DNA of 64,000 nt from Candidatus Latescibacterota bacterium (GTDB taxonomy: Bacteria > Latescibacterota > UBA2968 > UBA8231), in assembly GCA_963422735.1 (NCBI GenBank), contig OY730476.1:2144001-2208000 (forward strand), in the 5' to 3' direction. The notes under the pieces are model-generated. The model was not told where the DNA came from. It was given only the letters and a program-made list of their open reading frames with translations, and ran no database searches. Below, one piece after another: positions 17,858-26,407 of the stretch (its first letter is position 1; each line of letters opens with the position of its first letter). Position numbers and translations under genes: made by a program.

Positions 17858-20065
17858 TCAGGGCGTCAGTTTGTAGTAGCGGTTGATCTGCGGAGCGGAT
17901 AGAGTGGTGACCTGCCCGCCGGGCCATTGCACTTCAACCGCTTCGACCCGCTCGCTGCGGCCCAAGCCAAAATGGCGGGTAGGCGAGCGCTGGGCGTCGA
18001 AGGATTCGCCGGTATAGACCCACTGCGTCTTCGTGCCTTGGGACGAGCGCAGAGCAATGCGGGCCCCGAGCGGGGAGACGCCGGTCGCGCCTTGGAGCCG
18101 CACGCCGAGCCAGTTGTTGTCACCAGGCCAGACATTGCGCAAGACGTGGACCTGCTCGCGGCGCGGAGTACCGGACCACTCGCTGACCAATAGGTCCACG
18201 CGACCGTCGGCGTCGATGTCCATGTCGAGCACGGTGCGTGCATCGAATTCAAAAGCCACGTCCATCAGATAGCCGATCTCGACAAAGGAACGGCCCCCTC
18301 CACTCAGGTAGAGCTTGTTGTGCTCGAAGCCATTCCACGAGATACCCGCACGGTGCCAGCCCGCAATCATCTCATCGAAAAATTCGGCTATCTGCGGGTC
18401 GGGTTCCGAGCCGCCGGTGTAGATGTCGTGCGTCCAGAAGGTGGTGCAGTAGTCTTGGGCGGTCTCGCCGCTGAGATGGCCGTTGGCCACGTAGATTTCG
18501 TCATCGCCATCGTTGTCAAAGTCCGCGGAGGCCACGCCCCAAGACCACCCGGTGCGCGCCACTTGCTCCATGCCCGGTGCGATGCTGAACTCGGCGTCCT
18601 TTTGCCCTAAGTAAAGTCGGTTGCCAAATCCCATGGCTCGGCGCTGCTCATGGTGCTCGGGATACTCCTCGCGTCCGAGACCAAGGTAGTCGAGGCGGCG
18701 CGCCGTGGTCGAACTCATGCCCACCACGTACATGTCGAGGCGACCGTCGGCGTTGTAGTCGCCAAAGACGTGGGACATGCCAAAGGTCGATGGCTCGCTG
18801 ACGGTGCGGGAGGTGACATCGGCAAAGGTGCCGGTGCCGTCGTTGTAGTACAGATCGATGCCAGCAAAGTCGCTGACGACCAAGAGGTCGAGATCGTCGT
18901 CGCCGTCGAGATCGGCCAAGGAGCCGCTATACGTGCGCCGCTTGCGCTTGGTTTCGAGGCCCGCTTGGGCGGTGATGTCGGTGAAGCGTCCGTTGCCGTC
19001 GTTGCTCAGCAGGTACGCGGGATAGCCGTCGTTGGCGTCGTAGTACGGCGTGGGCATCTGGCCCTCGCGATAGGGCAGCCGGTACTGGCCAACCCACAGA
19101 TCGAGGTCGCCGTCGCCGTCTATGTCGCCCGCGCTCATGGCTTCGGGGTATTGCAGGGGGCGAGTCGCAATGGCCAAGCCGGGTTGGTCGAAGCCATTGC
19201 CGCCCTCGTAGAGGCCCAGCAATTGCCCGGGCCCACCGACTATTAAGTCGGGCGCACCATCGCCGGTGAAGTCGGCCAAGAGCGCCACTTCGACGCGTCC
19301 GCCCGGAGGTGGATGCGCCAAAAGCGGCTCAGGCGCAAAGCGTCCGCCCTGGTTGCGGTAGAGCAGGTTGGTGCCCAGCGCGAGCAAGTCGTCGAGACCG
19401 TCGCCGTCGAGGTCGGCGGCGATGAGGGGCGAAAGCGCGGTATCATCCGCCAAGACGGCCGAAGAGACAAAAGCAGGCGCGCCGCGGCGTTCGGTCAGCG
19501 TCAGATTCGAGGCGTCGATGGTGGCGGGGATATGGCGCCCGGCCTCGTCTTGCTGCTCGCTCCAAGTGACGGATAGGTCGCCGCTGACGATTAGACGCCT
19601 AGCGCGGTTTTTGACGTGCAGTTTCAATTCTATTAAAGAGCGGGCCGGCCCGTCCTCTGCCGGAGTGAATTGCTTGTGGTGCCATTCGGATTGTTCGAGA
19701 ACGAGGCCCTCATCTTCCCATTGTTCGAGCAAGGCCGACCACTGTCCATGATCGAGCGTGCGCGGCGGGCCGCCATAGTGCGTTTCGACGATGTCCCAGT
19801 CGTGCTCGACGCTATCCTGCGGGGTGCCGAGCAGCAGTTGGTCAAAGGAAAAAGCAGCCAGCACCAGCCGCGCATCTTGGGCGGCGCGCAGTTGGTCCCA
19901 TAAGGCGACAAAGACGGCTTCGTACTGCTGGGCACGACGCTCGTCGGACCAGACCGTGCGGTCCAGTTCGAGCCGCTGTTGGCGGATGGCAGCAGCACCC
20001 TGTGCCCCGGTGTGGTGCGGTGCCGCCAGCGAGAGGAAGGCGAGTGTCGAGAGCAGTTTCAGCAT
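17858..20065 (-). CDS. CRTAC1-family protein (FG-GAP/VCBS repeats + ASPIC/UnbV), secreted
   Basis: Signal peptide, DxDGDGDLD repeats, GWSWG..DFDNDG..DEIYVANG, HFGLG..VQWPGG. Confidence 0.9.
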   Translation of the reverse strand: MLKLLSTLAFLSLAAPHHTGAQGAAAIRQQRLELDRTVWSDERRAQQYEAVFVALWDQLRAAQDARLVLAAFSFDQLLLGTPQDSVEHDWDIVETHYGGPPRTLDHGQWSALLEQWEDEGLVLEQSEWHHKQFTPAEDGPARSLIELKLHVKNRARRLIVSGDLSVTWSEQQDEAGRHIPATIDASNLTLTERRGAPAFVSSAVLADDTALSPLIAADLDGDGLDDLLALGTNLLYRNQGGRFAPEPLLAHPPPGGRVEVALLADFTGDGAPDLIVGGPGQLLGLYEGGNGFDQPGLAIATRPLQYPEAMSAGDIDGDGDLDLWVGQYRLPYREGQMPTPYYDANDGYPAYLLSNDGNGRFTDITAQAGLETKRKRRTYSGSLADLDGDDDLDLLVVSDFAGIDLYYNDGTGTFADVTSRTVSEPSTFGMSHVFGDYNADGRLDMYVVGMSSTTARRLDYLGLGREEYPEHHEQRRAMGFGNRLYLGQKDAEFSIAPGMEQVARTGWSWGVASADFDNDGDDEIYVANGHLSGETAQDYCTTFWTHDIYTGGSEPDPQIAEFFDEMIAGWHRAGISWNGFEHNKLYLSGGGRSFVEIGYLMDVAFEFDARTVLDMDIDADGRVDLLVSEWSGTPRREQVHVLRNVWPGDNNWLGVRLQGATGVSPLGARIALRSSQGTKTQWVYTGESFDAQRSPTRHFGLGRSERVEAVEVQWPGGQVTTLSAPQINRYYKLTP

Positions 20066-20172
20066 AATGTGGAACGATCACAGAGGATATGGTGAGGATA
20101 GGCAGACAGTATAGGCAACGCCGTTTTTTTTATCAAAGCGAGCGCTTGTCGCCCGAGGAAGCAGTTATAGTC

Positions 20173-21408
20173 CTATTCCTCCGGCGGCCGATAGCCCACC
20201 CCGGCATAAGCGGGGGCCTGGGGTCGGTAGTGCTCGTCGAATTGCGGGTCGGGGGCTTGGAGCACATTGCGCTCCGGATCTAGGGTGCCGCGCAGGTCGT
20301 CTATTTGGCCGTGGACAAAGCAGCCGCTGAAGTGGCGGCTGTCGAGTAAATCGACTTCGTAGCGGCTGCCGGGGGCGATGCCGCCACCGCGCACGTTCAT
20401 CCAGAAAATGGTATTGCGGTACGCGCTGCCCCTGCCCTTGTCGTCAACGCCGTTCCAGTTGTCCGTGAAGGTGCAGTCTCGCACTTCGACGCGCCCCCCG
20501 GGAAAGACCGTCAACGCACCAGAACCGTGCGTTTTGTTGTATTCGCCGCCGCCACCGCGGCCTACGTAGTCGGGACCGAGATTAGCGACATTGCCGACGA
20601 AGAGGCAGTTGCCGATCACAGCCGCGCTGCCGGGCAGCACATCGACAGCCGCGCCGGTGATTTGGCAGCTATTGTTGCGAAAGACGGAGTTTTTGATCAG
20701 CACGGCCTCGGCGTCGAACCCCCGATGCTCAATGGAGATGCCGCCGCCGCAAGGGCTGGCGTAGTTGTCGTGGATTGCTAGCTCTTCGAGGGTTGGATAA
20801 GAACGGCCAAATACCTTGACGCCGCCGCCGTCGGAGTAGAAGAACAGCCCCTTTTCCCAGCGCACACCGTTGGAGGAATCCGGTTGAATTGGCTCAGGGC
20901 CTTCGCTGCGGCTGGCAAAGTTGTTGGCACCGGTGATGGTGAAACCGCGCAGGACGGTGCGCCGGGAGATGCCATCGCCAAAAAAGACCACGTGGTTGAC
21001 AATGGCCGGGTAACTCGTCGCGTTGGGGTCGGCTCGCTCGGCATGGGCGGCCGTCAATACCACGCGCCCCACCGCTTCGAGCACGATGCCATCGTGGCGG
21101 GCCGCGAAGAAGAGCATCGCTTGGCCAGCCTGCTGCGGCCGATAGGTCCCCGCGTGTACCTTGACGGTCTTGTGGATTGAGTCGCGGGCGGCCGCTTCGA
21201 GGACCGCTTGGATGCTGTCGCCCGGATAGACGTGGTACGCAGCGTCCGCTTGGGGTTGTGGGGGCGGGGGATCGCAGCCTATAGCAAAGAGAAAAGACGC
21301 GAAAAAACGGGCGGCCGAGCGGCCAAAAAACGCCAAGTACCGGTCTCTCGGCCCCTTCGGGACATAAGTCAATAGGAGTACAGCGGGCATTTCGATAATC
21401 ATAACCAC
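20173..21408 (-). CDS. Right-handed parallel beta-helix repeat protein, probable lipoprotein (true start probably downstream of 21408)
   Basis: VYPGDSIQA, VHAGTY, GFTITGA, GGGISI, NCLFVGN, DCTFTDN, NTIFWMN; lipobox-like AIGC. Confidence 0.8.
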   Translation of the reverse strand: MVMIIEMPAVLLLTYVPKGPRDRYLAFFGRSAARFFASFLFAIGCDPPPPQPQADAAYHVYPGDSIQAVLEAAARDSIHKTVKVHAGTYRPQQAGQAMLFFAARHDGIVLEAVGRVVLTAAHAERADPNATSYPAIVNHVVFFGDGISRRTVLRGFTITGANNFASRSEGPEPIQPDSSNGVRWEKGLFFYSDGGGVKVFGRSYPTLEELAIHDNYASPCGGGISIEHRGFDAEAVLIKNSVFRNNSCQITGAAVDVLPGSAAVIGNCLFVGNVANLGPDYVGRGGGGEYNKTHGSGALTVFPGGRVEVRDCTFTDNWNGVDDKGRGSAYRNTIFWMNVRGGGIAPGSRYEVDLLDSRHFSGCFVHGQIDDLRGTLDPERNVLQAPDPQFDEHYRPQAPAYAGVGYRPPEE

Positions 21409-21542
21409 AATTATATTAAATTTTTTACAGATATTACTTTATTATAAAACGTGAGTTCGGTTTAAGCGGCCTCTCCATCGATTTTTTCGGTTGGTGGCCA
21501 TAGGCAATTAATCCGCCGATGAGATGGACCATAGATGGGCGC

Positions 21543-21586
21543 GTCTGCTTCACCCGGCCTTTAGGCAGGACCGTCGCGGTGAAGCC
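21543..21586. repeat. 44-bp palindromic mini-element, copy 1
   Basis: gtctgcttcacccggcctttaggcaggaccgtcgcggtgaagcc; 42/44 identical to 29633-29676; cttcacc..ggtgaag inverted ends. Confidence 0.9.
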
Positions 21587-21599
21587 TTGTGGGTTCAAT

Positions 21600-21922
21600 C
21601 TGGGCGATATTGCGGACTAACCGAGGAATCCTTTGCCGACCAGTTGAAGAAAAACACTGCGGTCAAGGGGTACGCCAAGCTGCCGAGATGGTTCACGGTG
21701 CCGACGCCGCTTGGAAGCTATAACCCGGACTGGGCCGTGGATGGCGAACGGCTGTACTTTGTGGTCGAAACGAAGTCCAGTCTATTCTCCAGCGATCTCC
21801 GCAATGCCGAAAGCGCTCAGATTGAATGCGGCAAGGCGCACTTCGCCGCGCTCAAAGTGAGCAAATCACCGGCGGAGTACCGAACTGCTCGTTCCATAGA
21901 CGACGTATTGACTAGTAGTTAA
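21600..21922 (+). pseudogene. C-terminal remnant of type III restriction endonuclease Res subunit
   Basis: YAKLPRWFTVPTPLGSYNPDWA..LYFVVETK..E..IECGKAHF; no N-terminal helicase part and no mod gene. Confidence 0.85.
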
Positions 21923-21957
21923 GTCTGTTGTCCCTTCCCATTCACAAGGAACCCACC

Positions 21958-23448
21958 ATGACCGACCACCCCAACATCCTCGTAATAATGACCGACCAAC
22001 AGCGCGCCACTGCTAGCCACCTCTACGGCAACACCTTTTGCCAAACCCCTTCAATGGAACGCCTAGCCGCCGACGGGGTGCTTTTTGAAAACGCAATCAG
22101 CCCTCACCCGCTCTGCGTACCGGCGCGCATCTCGTTTTGGACCTCGCAGTTTCCCCACTCGCACGGGGGCCGGCGCAATCAGACCTTGATGCCGGTCGGT
22201 GCCACGCACGCCTGGCCGATCTGGAAGGAGGCTGGTTACGCTACGGGACTGATCGGCAAAAACCACTGCTTCCAGCGGGAGGAAGATTTGGCACTCTTCG
22301 ACGTGTGGAACGCCTTTACCCACGGCGGGCGAGACGAGGGACCACAGACGCGAGGCATGGACTGGTTCCGGCCGGAAGAAGGTCGCCGCAAGGTCGCCGC
22401 CGAGCATCGCCAACTCGCCCACCAGAATCCCCGCTTTAGCTACAGCACCTCCGAGCTGCCGTTAGAGGACCACTCCACCGGGCTGATTGCCGGGCAGGCA
22501 ACGCGCTTTCTCGAAAAGTACCAAGACCAGCCCTTTGCCCTGTGGGTTTCCTTTCCCGATCCACACGAGCCGTGGCTGTGCCCGGCCGAGTACGCGACCC
22601 TGTTTCCACCCACGGCCATTGACCTGCCCACCTGGCGCGACGACGAATTCGACGACGAGCGCGCTCCCGAGCGCAATCGGGTGCTTTACCAAATGCTGGG
22701 GGTGCGCCGCGATCCGCCCGAGGATCTCTACGGCGTCATGGCCTCGTACTTTGGTATGGTGCGCTTTATCGACGACGCGCTCGGCCAGATACTCGACAAA
22801 CTCGACGAACTGGGGCTGCGGGAGCAGACGATTGTGGTCTTTTGTTCGGATCACGGCGACTTCATGGGCGAACACGCCATGCAGTGCAAGGGCGGGGTCT
22901 TCTACGACAGCCTGACGCGGGTGCCGCTGATCGTCTCTTGGCCCGGGCAGGTCGCCGCTGGAGTGCGCGACCAGAGCATGGCCAATCTGATCGACGTGGT
23001 GCCGACGCTGCTGCACTTGCAGGGGCTGGAGCCGCCGCGCTCAATGCAAGGAGCACCGCTGCCCACTGTGACCGAAACTGCGCCCCGGGACGAGACCTTT
23101 TCCGAATACGGCAGCGGAGGGCCACTTTTTACCATGGCCGACTTGAAAAAGTTGCCTCAGCCCTATGGCCGCAAGACCCTGATCGACACCTTGCAGTGGC
23201 GCGAGGCAGCCGGCCGGTGCAAGATGGTCCGCACCCGCCAGTGGAAGTACGTCCACGACCCTATGGGAGACCGCGACGAACTCTACGACCTCGTCGCCGA
23301 TCCAGGCGAGTTGGTCAATGTGGTTGACGAAGAGCAACACCGCGACGCCCTCGCAGACATGCGCCTGCGGCTAGCCGATTGGAGCATCAATACCGAGGAC
23401 GGCCGGCCAGTGCCCCTGCCCGATCGCACCCACTACGAGCTGGCCTAA
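21958..23448 (+). CDS. Formylglycine-dependent sulfatase (choline-sulfatase-like)
   Basis: PNILVIMTDQQR, CVPAR (CxPxR), GKNH, PDPHEP, SDHGD, ELYDL..DP.E. Confidence 0.95.
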   Translation: MTDHPNILVIMTDQQRATASHLYGNTFCQTPSMERLAADGVLFENAISPHPLCVPARISFWTSQFPHSHGGRRNQTLMPVGATHAWPIWKEAGYATGLIGKNHCFQREEDLALFDVWNAFTHGGRDEGPQTRGMDWFRPEEGRRKVAAEHRQLAHQNPRFSYSTSELPLEDHSTGLIAGQATRFLEKYQDQPFALWVSFPDPHEPWLCPAEYATLFPPTAIDLPTWRDDEFDDERAPERNRVLYQMLGVRRDPPEDLYGVMASYFGMVRFIDDALGQILDKLDELGLREQTIVVFCSDHGDFMGEHAMQCKGGVFYDSLTRVPLIVSWPGQVAAGVRDQSMANLIDVVPTLLHLQGLEPPRSMQGAPLPTVTETAPRDETFSEYGSGGPLFTMADLKKLPQPYGRKTLIDTLQWREAAGRCKMVRTRQWKYVHDPMGDRDELYDLVADPGELVNVVDEEQHRDALADMRLRLADWSINTEDGRPVPLPDRTHYELA

Positions 23449-23454
23449 CGGCTC

Positions 23455-23483
23455 TTGCACAATCGACGCTCGGCCGATATTTT
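23455..23483 (+). promoter_or_regulatory. Putative sigma70 promoter of thrS leader (TTGCAC-17-TATTTT)
   Basis: The -10 ends 7 nt before the leader ATG (23491), which suggests a leaderless start. Confidence 0.55.
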
Positions 23484-23490
23484 ATAAAGC

Positions 23491-23598
23491 ATGATTCCTG
23501 CTATGCTTACAGTCGCATCCGCACAGTGCCTCAGCGGTTTTCCGTCGGGGCCGACCCCTACCACTGCTACTACTACTACGACCCTGTGCGACGGATAG
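23491..23598 (+). CDS. Thr-rich attenuator leader peptide (35 aa) of thrS
   Basis: MIPAMLTVASAQCLSGFPSGPTPTTATTTTTLCDG*; 8 Thr in 10 consecutive codons, directly upstream of a terminator and thrS. Confidence 0.85.
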   Translation: MIPAMLTVASAQCLSGFPSGPTPTTATTTTTLCDG

Positions 23599-23628
23599 CG
23601 ACGGACTAAAATTTATTTTGCAATCACT

Positions 23629-23662
23629 CCCCGCTGTCGGCTACGATGACAGCGGGGTTTTT
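23629..23662 (+). terminator. Attenuator intrinsic terminator
   Basis: ccccgctgtc-ggctacgat-gacagcgggg-ttttt; perfect 10-bp stem ending 18 nt before the thrS ATG. Confidence 0.9.
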
Positions 23663-23680
23663 CATGCCAAGGAGCACGTC

Positions 23681-25591
23681 ATGCTGATCAAGATCCCCCA
23701 AAGACAAGCCATCGAATACCCCGACGAGGGTTCGCTCAAAGAGATCCTCATCCAAGAGGACAAAGCGCTATTAAAGCAATACATTGCCGCCCGCGCCGGC
23801 GACGAGCGCATCGACTTCCACACCCGGCTCGGCAGCGAGGCGGAAGTTGAGCTTATTCCCTGGGATGCGGACGAGGCCGCTTGGATCTACCGCCACAGCA
23901 TGTCGCACGTGTTGGCGCAGGCCGTGCTGCGCCTCTTCCCGGCCGCGCAGCTAGCGATCGGCCCAGCCATTGACGACGGCTTTTACTACGACTTCGACGT
24001 CGCCGAGCCTTTTACGCCCGAAGACTTGCAGAAGATCGAGCGGGAGATGAAGCGGGTCATCAAGCAAAACCACAAGTTTGAGCGGATCGATGTTGCGCGC
24101 CAAGAAGCGGAAGAGATGGTCGCCAACGCCCCTTACAAACAGGAGATCCTCGCCGACTTGGAAGAGAGCCAGACCTTGTCCTTTTACAAAGACGGCGAGT
24201 TCATCGACTTGTGCCGGGGGCCGCACATGCTCGGCACCGGGCAAATCAGGCACTTCAAGCTCTTGAGCGTAGCTGGGGCCTACTGGCGCGGCGACGAGAG
24301 CCGCAAGATGTTGCAGCGGATATACGGTACGGCCTTTGCCACCCGCGAGGGGCTCGACCACCATCTGGCCATGCTGGAGGAGGCTAAAAAGCGCGACCAC
24401 CGCGCGCTGGGCAAGCAACTAGAGTTGTTCACCTTTGACGACGAAGTGGGGCCGGGGTTGCCCCTGTGGCTTCCCAAGGGGGCGGTACTCATCGACGAGT
24501 TGGAGGACTTGGCCCGCAAGACCGAGCGCGAGGCCGGCTATCGGCGGGTGCGCACACCGCATATCTGCAAGGAGTCCATGTATCTGCGCAGCGGCCACTT
24601 GCCGTACTATGCCGAGTCCATGTTCCCGCCCATGGAGTTGGAGGGGGTCAAGTACTATCTCAAGCCTATGAACTGCCCCCACCACCACAAAATTTTCGCC
24701 GCCGCCTCGCGCTCGTACCGCGACCTGCCCCTGCGTCTGGCCGAGTATGGCACGTGCTATCGCTACGAGCAGTCGGGCGAGTTATTTGGCTTGATGCGGG
24801 TGCGCTCATTGCAGATGAACGACGCGCATATCTACTGTACCCTCGACCAGTTTGAGGGCGAATTCCTCGCCGTCTGCCAGATGTATCTGCGCTATTTCGA
24901 ACTGTTCGGCTTGGAGAATTACCTGATGCGCTTGAGCACCCACGCGCCATCGGGCTTGGGGGCAAAATACGTTGATGACCGCGAGAGGTGGCTCCGCACC
25001 GAGGACATGGTGCGCGGCGCGATGGCAAAGGGGGGAATCAACTACGAGGAGGTACCCGACGAGGCGGCCTTCTACGGCCCCAAGATCGACGTCGAGGTTT
25101 GGAGTGCCATCGGGCGGCAGTTTACGATCGCCACCAATCAAGTCGATTTCGCCCAGCCCGGCCGCTTCGGCTTGTCGTACACCAACGCGGCGGGTGAAGA
25201 GGAGACGCCTATCTGCATCCACCGCGCACCACTGGGCACGCACGAGCGCTTTATCGGCTTCTTGATCGAACACTACGCCGGCGCGTTCCCAGTGTGGTTG
25301 GCACCGGTGCAAGCGGTAGTGCTGCCCATTGCCGAGCGCCACGCCGAGTATGGGGGGCAGCTCCATCAGCAGTTTCTCGCCGCTGGAATCCGGGCCGAAC
25401 TCGACGCGGCCAGCGAGACCCTCAACAAGCGCATCCGCCAAGCGCAGACTCAGAAGGTGCCCTATATGCTGATCGCCGGGGACCGCGAAGTTGAAGAGGG
25501 CAAGGTGGCGATCCGGCAGCGATCCGGCAAACAGATCGACCCGCTCCCGGTAGCCGAGGCCGTCGCGCTGATCGACGCTGAGATTCGATAG
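23681..25591 (+). CDS. thrS: Threonine--tRNA ligase
   Basis: RHSMSHVLAQAV, DLCRGPH, GAYWRG, RDHR, KPMNCP, AFYGPKID, IHRAPLG.HER; GGAG SD before ATG 23681. Confidence 0.99.
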   Translation: MLIKIPQRQAIEYPDEGSLKEILIQEDKALLKQYIAARAGDERIDFHTRLGSEAEVELIPWDADEAAWIYRHSMSHVLAQAVLRLFPAAQLAIGPAIDDGFYYDFDVAEPFTPEDLQKIEREMKRVIKQNHKFERIDVARQEAEEMVANAPYKQEILADLEESQTLSFYKDGEFIDLCRGPHMLGTGQIRHFKLLSVAGAYWRGDESRKMLQRIYGTAFATREGLDHHLAMLEEAKKRDHRALGKQLELFTFDDEVGPGLPLWLPKGAVLIDELEDLARKTEREAGYRRVRTPHICKESMYLRSGHLPYYAESMFPPMELEGVKYYLKPMNCPHHHKIFAAASRSYRDLPLRLAEYGTCYRYEQSGELFGLMRVRSLQMNDAHIYCTLDQFEGEFLAVCQMYLRYFELFGLENYLMRLSTHAPSGLGAKYVDDRERWLRTEDMVRGAMAKGGINYEEVPDEAAFYGPKIDVEVWSAIGRQFTIATNQVDFAQPGRFGLSYTNAAGEEETPICIHRAPLGTHERFIGFLIEHYAGAFPVWLAPVQAVVLPIAERHAEYGGQLHQQFLAAGIRAELDAASETLNKRIRQAQTQKVPYMLIAGDREVEEGKVAIRQRSGKQIDPLPVAEAVALIDAEIR

Positions 25592-25594
25592 GCT

Positions 25595-26302
25595 ATGTTC
25601 CGCCGCATCCGCTACATCGCCGGGGTTTTCTGGCAATTTCGCTACTATCTCCTTTGCACGGGGCTGGCGCTAGCCTTTTGGGACACCGCGCTGATCAAGC
25701 CGTTCCGCTTCTTTGTGGTGCTGGTCCACGAGGTCAATCACGCGGCAGCAGCCCTGCTCACTGGCGGCGAGGTCCTCGAAATCCGCACCCATTGGGACGA
25801 GTCCGGGCACACCCTGACGAAGGGGGGCTTTTTCCCGCTGATTAGCGCGGCAGGCTACGTAGGGTCGGCACTGTGGGGGGCGTTGCTGATGTACACCTCG
25901 CTTTATCCGCAAGCGCAGCGTTTGGTGTTGCTCTGCATCGGCGCGGCCTGCGCGGGGATGACCCTGATCTACACGCCGCTGGAGGCGGGGGGGATTGATT
26001 TCGCTTTGGGGATCGGCGGCGGGCTGGTCTTGTGCATCATGGCCTGCAAGTCGAAGCGGATGGCGAGCATCGGCGCGGTGTGGATGGGGGTGATGCTCTG
26101 CCTGTACAGCCTCTACGACTTCCGCACCGACCTGTGGTACTATCCAGAGCGGACGGACGCCGGGATATTGTCGGCCCATTGGGGGCTGAATCCGTTGCAG
26201 GTGCCCTATCTGGCGTATCTGATTGCCTTGATTTGGGTGCTGGTGTCGCTGTCGTGCATGTATCGAGCGATGCGCGCTGTGGCCCTCAATCGGGGGCTTT
26301 AA
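25595..26302 (+). CDS. M50B-like membrane metallopeptidase
   Basis: HEVNH (HExxH), AAGYVGS, TDA..L, multiple TM segments. Confidence 0.85.
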   Translation: MFRRIRYIAGVFWQFRYYLLCTGLALAFWDTALIKPFRFFVVLVHEVNHAAAALLTGGEVLEIRTHWDESGHTLTKGGFFPLISAAGYVGSALWGALLMYTSLYPQAQRLVLLCIGAACAGMTLIYTPLEAGGIDFALGIGGGLVLCIMACKSKRMASIGAVWMGVMLCLYSLYDFRTDLWYYPERTDAGILSAHWGLNPLQVPYLAYLIALIWVLVSLSCMYRAMRAVALNRGL

Positions 26303-26407
26303 CAATCGAAACGCCTCCCGGCGGGTTTTCCTATAGCAATTGAGTGCAATGCCCGATGCGCTGCGTTACCAAATAGCGCACGGAATCGACAGAAAGGGAT
26401 TAAAACC

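Noticed and set aside
23460-23680. T-box riboswitch upstream of thrS
   Set aside because: No GGTGGNACC T-box motif or stem I; the Thr-codon run explains the leader better.
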